DNA from: Polyangiales bacterium
GTDB lineage: Bacteria; Myxococcota_A; Polyangia; Polyangiales; JADJQN01
Reading direction: 5' to 3'
Assembly (NCBI GenBank): GCA_964202905.1
Contig: CAXNJO010000001.1
Coordinates: forward strand, 800,001 to 864,000
DNA: 64,000 nt
A program made the position numbers and the translations under genes. Shown piece after piece: positions 59,947 to 64,000 of the stretch. The stretch's first letter is position 1, and every line of letters begins with the position of its first letter. The notes under the pieces were generated by a model. It had not been told where the DNA came from, ran no database searches, and was given only the letters and a program-made list of their open reading frames with translations.

Positions 59947-62693
59947 CCGAGCTCGGGGTCCTCTCGCTCGTGCGCGCCGAGGCGGTGTTCGAGGCGCGTC
60001 GCCGCGCCTTCGAGCTGGTGCGCGCGCTCGGTGGCGCCGAGAGCCACGCGGCCGGTCTCGCGTGCGAGGTGTCCGAGGTGGGGCGCTGGTTCGTCGCGCA
60101 CGCCGAGGCGCCTGCGTTGCACGTGCGCGCGGAGGGAAGCGGGCTCGACGCGCGCCTCGTGCTGCGCTTCGTGTCCGCCGCGCCGCTGCCTCCGTCCGCG
60201 CTCGCGTCGGGGCCTGCCGGCGCGCGGGGCGCGCGGCACGCGTCGTCGACGAACGAGGTCGAGGTGCGCTGCCCGGCGCCGGGCGCGGCGTGGCGCGCCG
60301 ACGAGCTCGACGCGCTCCGCGAGATCCTCGCGCGGCAGACGCGCGACGAGCTCATGGACAGCCTCCGCGCGAACAACACCGCGCTCGCCGAGGCCTCTGC
60401 GCGCGCGGACGCCGCGGCGCAGGCGAAGTCCGATTTCCTTGCGAACATGAGCCACGAGATCCGCACGCCGATGAACGCGATTCTCGGCCTCTGCCACCTC
60501 ACGCTCCGCACCGACCTCGCGCCCCGACAGCGCGATTACCTCGAGAAGATCGATGGTTCTGCGCGGCACCTGCTCGGGATCATCAACGACATCCTCGACT
60601 TCTCGAAGATCGAGGCCGGCAAACTCAGCGTCGAGCAGATCGAGTTCACGCTCGACGAGGTGCTCGAGAACGTCTCCAACCAGATCGCCGAGAAATGCGG
60701 CGCGAAGGGGCTCGAGCTGATCATCGACGTCGATCGCGCGCTGCCGCGCAAGCTGGTCGGCGACCCGATGCGCCTCGGGCAGGTGCTCATCAACTACGCG
60801 AACAACGCGGTGAAGTTCACCGAGCGCGGCGAGATCGCGATCTCGGTGCGCGTCGTCGAGGAGGCCGCCGAGACCCTCGTGCTGCGCTTCGCCGTGCGGG
60901 ACACGGGCATCGGGCTCAGCGAGGAGCAGCGCGCACGCCTGTTCCGCAGCTTCGAGCAGGCCGACTCGTCGACGACCCGCCGTTACGGCGGCACCGGCCT
61001 CGGGCTCGCGATCTCGCGCGGGATCGCCGAGAGCCTCGGCGGCGAGGTCGGCGTCGACAGCGCGCCCGGCGAGGGCTCGACCTTCTGGTTCACGGCGCGA
61101 CTCGGGCGCTGCGCGTCGGAGATCACCGCGCCGGCGATCCTCGCCGCCGACCTGCAGGACCTCGCCGCGCTGGTCGTCGACGATCACGAGCACGCGCGCA
61201 CCGTGCTCCGCGCGCTGCTCGAGGACCTCGGCCTGCGCGTCGACGCGGTCGCGTCGGGCGCGGAAGCGCTCGCGCGGGTCGCGGAGGCGGAGCAGATCGG
61301 CAAGCCGTACGCCTTCATGTTCCTCGACTGGCAGATGCCCGGCATGGACGGACTCGAGGTCGGTCGGCGTCTGCGCGACGCGCAGCTCGCCCGGCCCCCG
61401 ATCACCGTCATGGTGACGGCCTTCGGGCGGGACGACGTCGTCGGCGCGGCGCGGGCCGTGGGCATCGAGGGCATCCTCACGAAGCCGGTCAATCCCTCGA
61501 CGGTCTTCGACTGCGTCGCGCGTGGCCTCGACGCCGCGGGGGCGTCGCGTCGCGTGCCCTCGCCGCGCGCAGGCGATCCGCTCGCCGGGCTGCGCGCCAT
61601 CGCGGGGGCGCGGGTGCTGCTCGTCGAGGACAACGAGCTGAACCAGGAGGTCGCGACCGCGCTGCTCGGGCAGGCGGGCCTCGTCGTGGACGTGGCCGGT
61701 GACGGGCGCGTCGCCGTCGAGGCCGTGCAGCGCACGGCGTACGACGTCGTGCTCATGGACATGCACATGCCCGTGATGGACGGGCTCGCCGCGACCCGCG
61801 CCATCCGCGCGCTGCCCGGCTTCGGTGCGCTGCCCATCATCGCGATGACCGCGAACGTCATGAAGGGCGACCGCGAACGCTGCCTCGAGGCCGGCATGAA
61901 CGCGCACGTCGCCAAGCCGATCGAGCCGGCCGACCTCTGCGCGACCCTCCTCGCCTGGGTGGCGCCGCGCCCCGGTCTCGGTGCGTCGCCGGGCATCGAC
62001 ACGCCGCGCGACGCCGTCGGCGTGCGCGAATCGACACCCTCTCCGGAGATGGTCTCGTCGGTGCCGTCCGGAGCGCCGGCGGATGGCGAGTCGGACGCGC
62101 GCATCGCCGCCGCGCGGGCCGCGGGGCTCGACGTCGAGGGCGCGCTGCGCAGGCTCCTCGGCGACCACCGGCTCTATGCGTCGATGCTGCGCCGCTTCGC
62201 CGAGCGGCAGCGTGAGTTCGCGGCGCAGCTCGCGGCCGCGCTCGAAGCGGGCGACCTCGGGGGCGCCGAGCGGCTCGCGCACACCCTGAAGGGGCTCGCC
62301 GGCAACCTCGGCGCGGCGGATCTCGGACGGGAGGCGGGCGCGCTCGAGGCGCTCCTGCGCGATCGGGCGCCGCGCGATTCCGTCGAGGTCCAGGGCGCGC
62401 GCGCGTCCGTCTGTCTCGACGAGCTGCTCGCGCAGCTCGCCCTGCCGTCCGACGCCGCGTCCCCGTTGTTGGCGCCCGAGCCCGTCGACGTCGCCGCGCT
62501 CGCCGAGGTCACCGCGCGTCTCCGCGCGCTCCTCGACGAGGCGGACGCGGAGGCGATCGACGTGTTCACGACGCACGCGTCGCTCTTCCGCGCGGGCTAC
62601 CCGGCGCAGTTCGCCGCGCTCTCCGCGGCCGCCGACGCCTTCGACACCGACGCGCTGCTCGACGCGCTGCGGGCCGCCGTCCCCGCGGCGTGA
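59943..62693 (+). CDS. Hybrid histidine kinase HisKA-HATPase-REC-REC-HPt
   Basis: [25 protein letters not shown], two REC domains, HPt AHTLKG; ATGA overlap with the RsbT/X gene. Confidence 0.94.
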   Translation: MTELGVLSLVRAEAVFEARRRAFELVRALGGAESHAAGLACEVSEVGRWFVAHAEAPALHVRAEGSGLDARLVLRFVSAAPLPPSALASGPAGARGARHASSTNEVEVRCPAPGAAWRADELDALREILARQTRDELMDSLRANNTALAEASARADAAAQAKSDFLANMSHEIRTPMNAILGLCHLTLRTDLAPRQRDYLEKIDGSARHLLGIINDILDFSKIEAGKLSVEQIEFTLDEVLENVSNQIAEKCGAKGLELIIDVDRALPRKLVGDPMRLGQVLINYANNAVKFTERGEIAISVRVVEEAAETLVLRFAVRDTGIGLSEEQRARLFRSFEQADSSTTRRYGGTGLGLAISRGIAESLGGEVGVDSAPGEGSTFWFTARLGRCASEITAPAILAADLQDLAALVVDDHEHARTVLRALLEDLGLRVDAVASGAEALARVAEAEQIGKPYAFMFLDWQMPGMDGLEVGRRLRDAQLARPPITVMVTAFGRDDVVGAARAVGIEGILTKPVNPSTVFDCVARGLDAAGASRRVPSPRAGDPLAGLRAIAGARVLLVEDNELNQEVATALLGQAGLVVDVAGDGRVAVEAVQRTAYDVVLMDMHMPVMDGLAATRAIRALPGFGALPIIAMTANVMKGDRERCLEAGMNAHVAKPIEPADLCATLLAWVAPRPGLGASPGIDTPRDAVGVRESTPSPEMVSSVPSGAPADGESDARIAAARAAGLDVEGALRRLLGDHRLYASMLRRFAERQREFAAQLAAALEAGDLGGAERLAHTLKGLAGNLGAADLGREAGALEALLRDRAPRDSVEVQGARASVCLDELLAQLALPSDAASPLLAPEPVDVAALAEVTARLRALLDEADAEAIDVFTTHASLFRAGYPAQFAALSAAADAFDTDALLDALRAAVPAA

Positions 62694-62764
62694 GCGCGCG
62701 CCACGGGGCCGCGCGCGCGGCTGGTCGCGGCGTCCCCGGCGTGTACGTGCGGGGCGGAGGCACG

Positions 62765-63058
62765 ATGGCCACGTCACACCCGACCGATCTCGAGAGGGGC
62801 CCGTTCTGCCAGAGCTGCGGGATGCCGATGAAGCGCCCCGAGGACTTCGCGACGGGCGTCGAGGGCTACCGCGTCAACGACGACTGCACGTTCTGCTTCG
62901 ACGCGGGCGGCTTCACCGATCCGTCGTTGACGATGCGCCAGATGATCGAGAAGTGCGTGCCGATGATGATGCGCAGCGGCATGCCCGAGCCCCAGGCGCG
63001 CGGGCTCATGGAGACCGTCATGCCGAAGCTGCGCCGCTGGCAGCAGCCCGAGCGCTGA
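62765..63058 (+). CDS. Putative zinc-ribbon protein
   Basis: CQSCGMP...CTFCF..G.F; ends PKLRRW; GGAGG RBS. Confidence 0.82.
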   Translation: MATSHPTDLERGPFCQSCGMPMKRPEDFATGVEGYRVNDDCTFCFDAGGFTDPSLTMRQMIEKCVPMMMRSGMPEPQARGLMETVMPKLRRWQQPER

Positions 63059-63079
63059 CGCGCGCCGCGCGCGATCGCG

Positions 63080-63880
63080 TCACGCGCGACGCAACACGAG
63101 GATCGCGTCGTCGAGCGCGTAGCGCGCGGCGTGCGCGTCGCCGCGGCTCAGATATGGCGCGCGCGCGAGTCGCTCGACGCAGAGCCCGAGCGGCGCGAGC
63201 ACGTGCGTGACGAGCGCCGCGACCGCGGGCTCCCAGTCGCGCGCGTCGTCGTCGGTCGGGAGCACCTCCTCGGCGTCGACGGTCCCGCCCGCGACGTGCA
63301 CGTGCGTCGAGAGCGGCAGCGGCGTCGCGACGAGCAGCCGTCCGTCGTCCGCGACGAGCGCGCACGCACGCTCGAGCAGCGTGAGCGGGCGCCGCGCGCG
63401 GTCGAGCACGTGCAGCAGCGCGACGACGTCGAAGCGTGCGTGCGCCCCGGCGGGCAAAGGCGCCTCCGCGAGATCGAGCGCGTGGCACGCGTAGCCCCGC
63501 GCGCGCAGTCGCCGCGCCATGCCGCGGGAGGTCTCGGTCGCCGTCACGCCATGGAAGAGCGGCGCGAGCGCGGCCGTGACGTCGCCCGAGCCCGCGCCGA
63601 CGTCGAGCAGCGTCCCGTGCGCGCGCGGCCCGAGCAGCGTGCGCCACTGCGCGGTGGAGAGCAGGTGCATCGGATAGAAGCCGAGCAGCGCGTTGGCGTC
63701 GTAGTCGCTGAGCCACGCGGCGAGCGCGTCGCGGGCATGCGTCGCGAACCGGCCATGCGGCGGTCGGGCGAGGAAGGCCCGCGTCTCCGCGTCGGGCGCG
63801 AGCGGGACGAAGGCGCGCGCGAGCGCCGTAGGGAGCCTCGCGAGGTCGCAGTCGTAGCGGTGCGGGGCGGCGGATTCCAC
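63080..63880 (-). CDS. METTL9/DREV-like class I SAM-dependent methyltransferase
   Basis: ANALLGFYPMHLLS, LLDVGAGSG, ATETS, LHVLDRA..P..LL, PYLSRGD..YALDDAILVL. Confidence 0.82.
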   Translation of the reverse strand: MESAAPHRYDCDLARLPTALARAFVPLAPDAETRAFLARPPHGRFATHARDALAAWLSDYDANALLGFYPMHLLSTAQWRTLLGPRAHGTLLDVGAGSGDVTAALAPLFHGVTATETSRGMARRLRARGYACHALDLAEAPLPAGAHARFDVVALLHVLDRARRPLTLLERACALVADDGRLLVATPLPLSTHVHVAGGTVDAEEVLPTDDDARDWEPAVAALVTHVLAPLGLCVERLARAPYLSRGDAHAARYALDDAILVLRRA

Positions 63881-64000
63881 GGCGCGCGGGTTGGGTCGCG
63901 CCGACCGGCGGCGACCTGGGGCGGAGCATGTGACGCGTCGCGTGCGACGGCGAGCGCCGCGGCGGGTGGTGCCGGCGCGCGCAGCGGTGCAGAACCTCCG

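Overview
Very GC-rich, gene-dense bacterial chromosomal segment, most likely Myxococcota. The assignment is inferred from two MYXO-CTERM-like C-termini, DAG-repeat linkers, a DUF1552/DUF1588-type pair and dense two-component/sigma-54 signalling. About 50 CDS are supportable. Housekeeping genes: rarA, metK, PBP1A, TrmH-family methyltransferase and a cyclophilin. There are also many sensor kinases and several secreted hydrolases and lipoproteins. Highlights: (1) a DTE-motif xanthorhodopsin-type proton pump (41980-42777) that keeps the carotenoid-antenna Gly, is translationally coupled to an unknown 77-aa two-TM protein, and has no canonical blh/crt gene beside it, although a four-His membrane protein with a GxPH motif lies about 1.5 kb upstream; (2) a globin-coupled stressosome locus (RsbR-RsbS-RsbT/X fusion-hybrid kinase plus REC-HD-GYP) whose RsbS lacks the canonical phospho-Ser; (3) a bacterial homologue of the eukaryotic METTL9/DREV protein-histidine methyltransferase; (4) a MerR + VIT-vWA operon with a visible operator; (5) a family of short CTGAA-N6-TTCAG palindromes between convergent genes. 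At least seven genes are frameshifted, which looks more like long-read indel error than real pseudogenisation. No tRNA, rRNA, CRISPR array or transposase was recognised. All family assignments are from motif recognition by eye; no searches were run.
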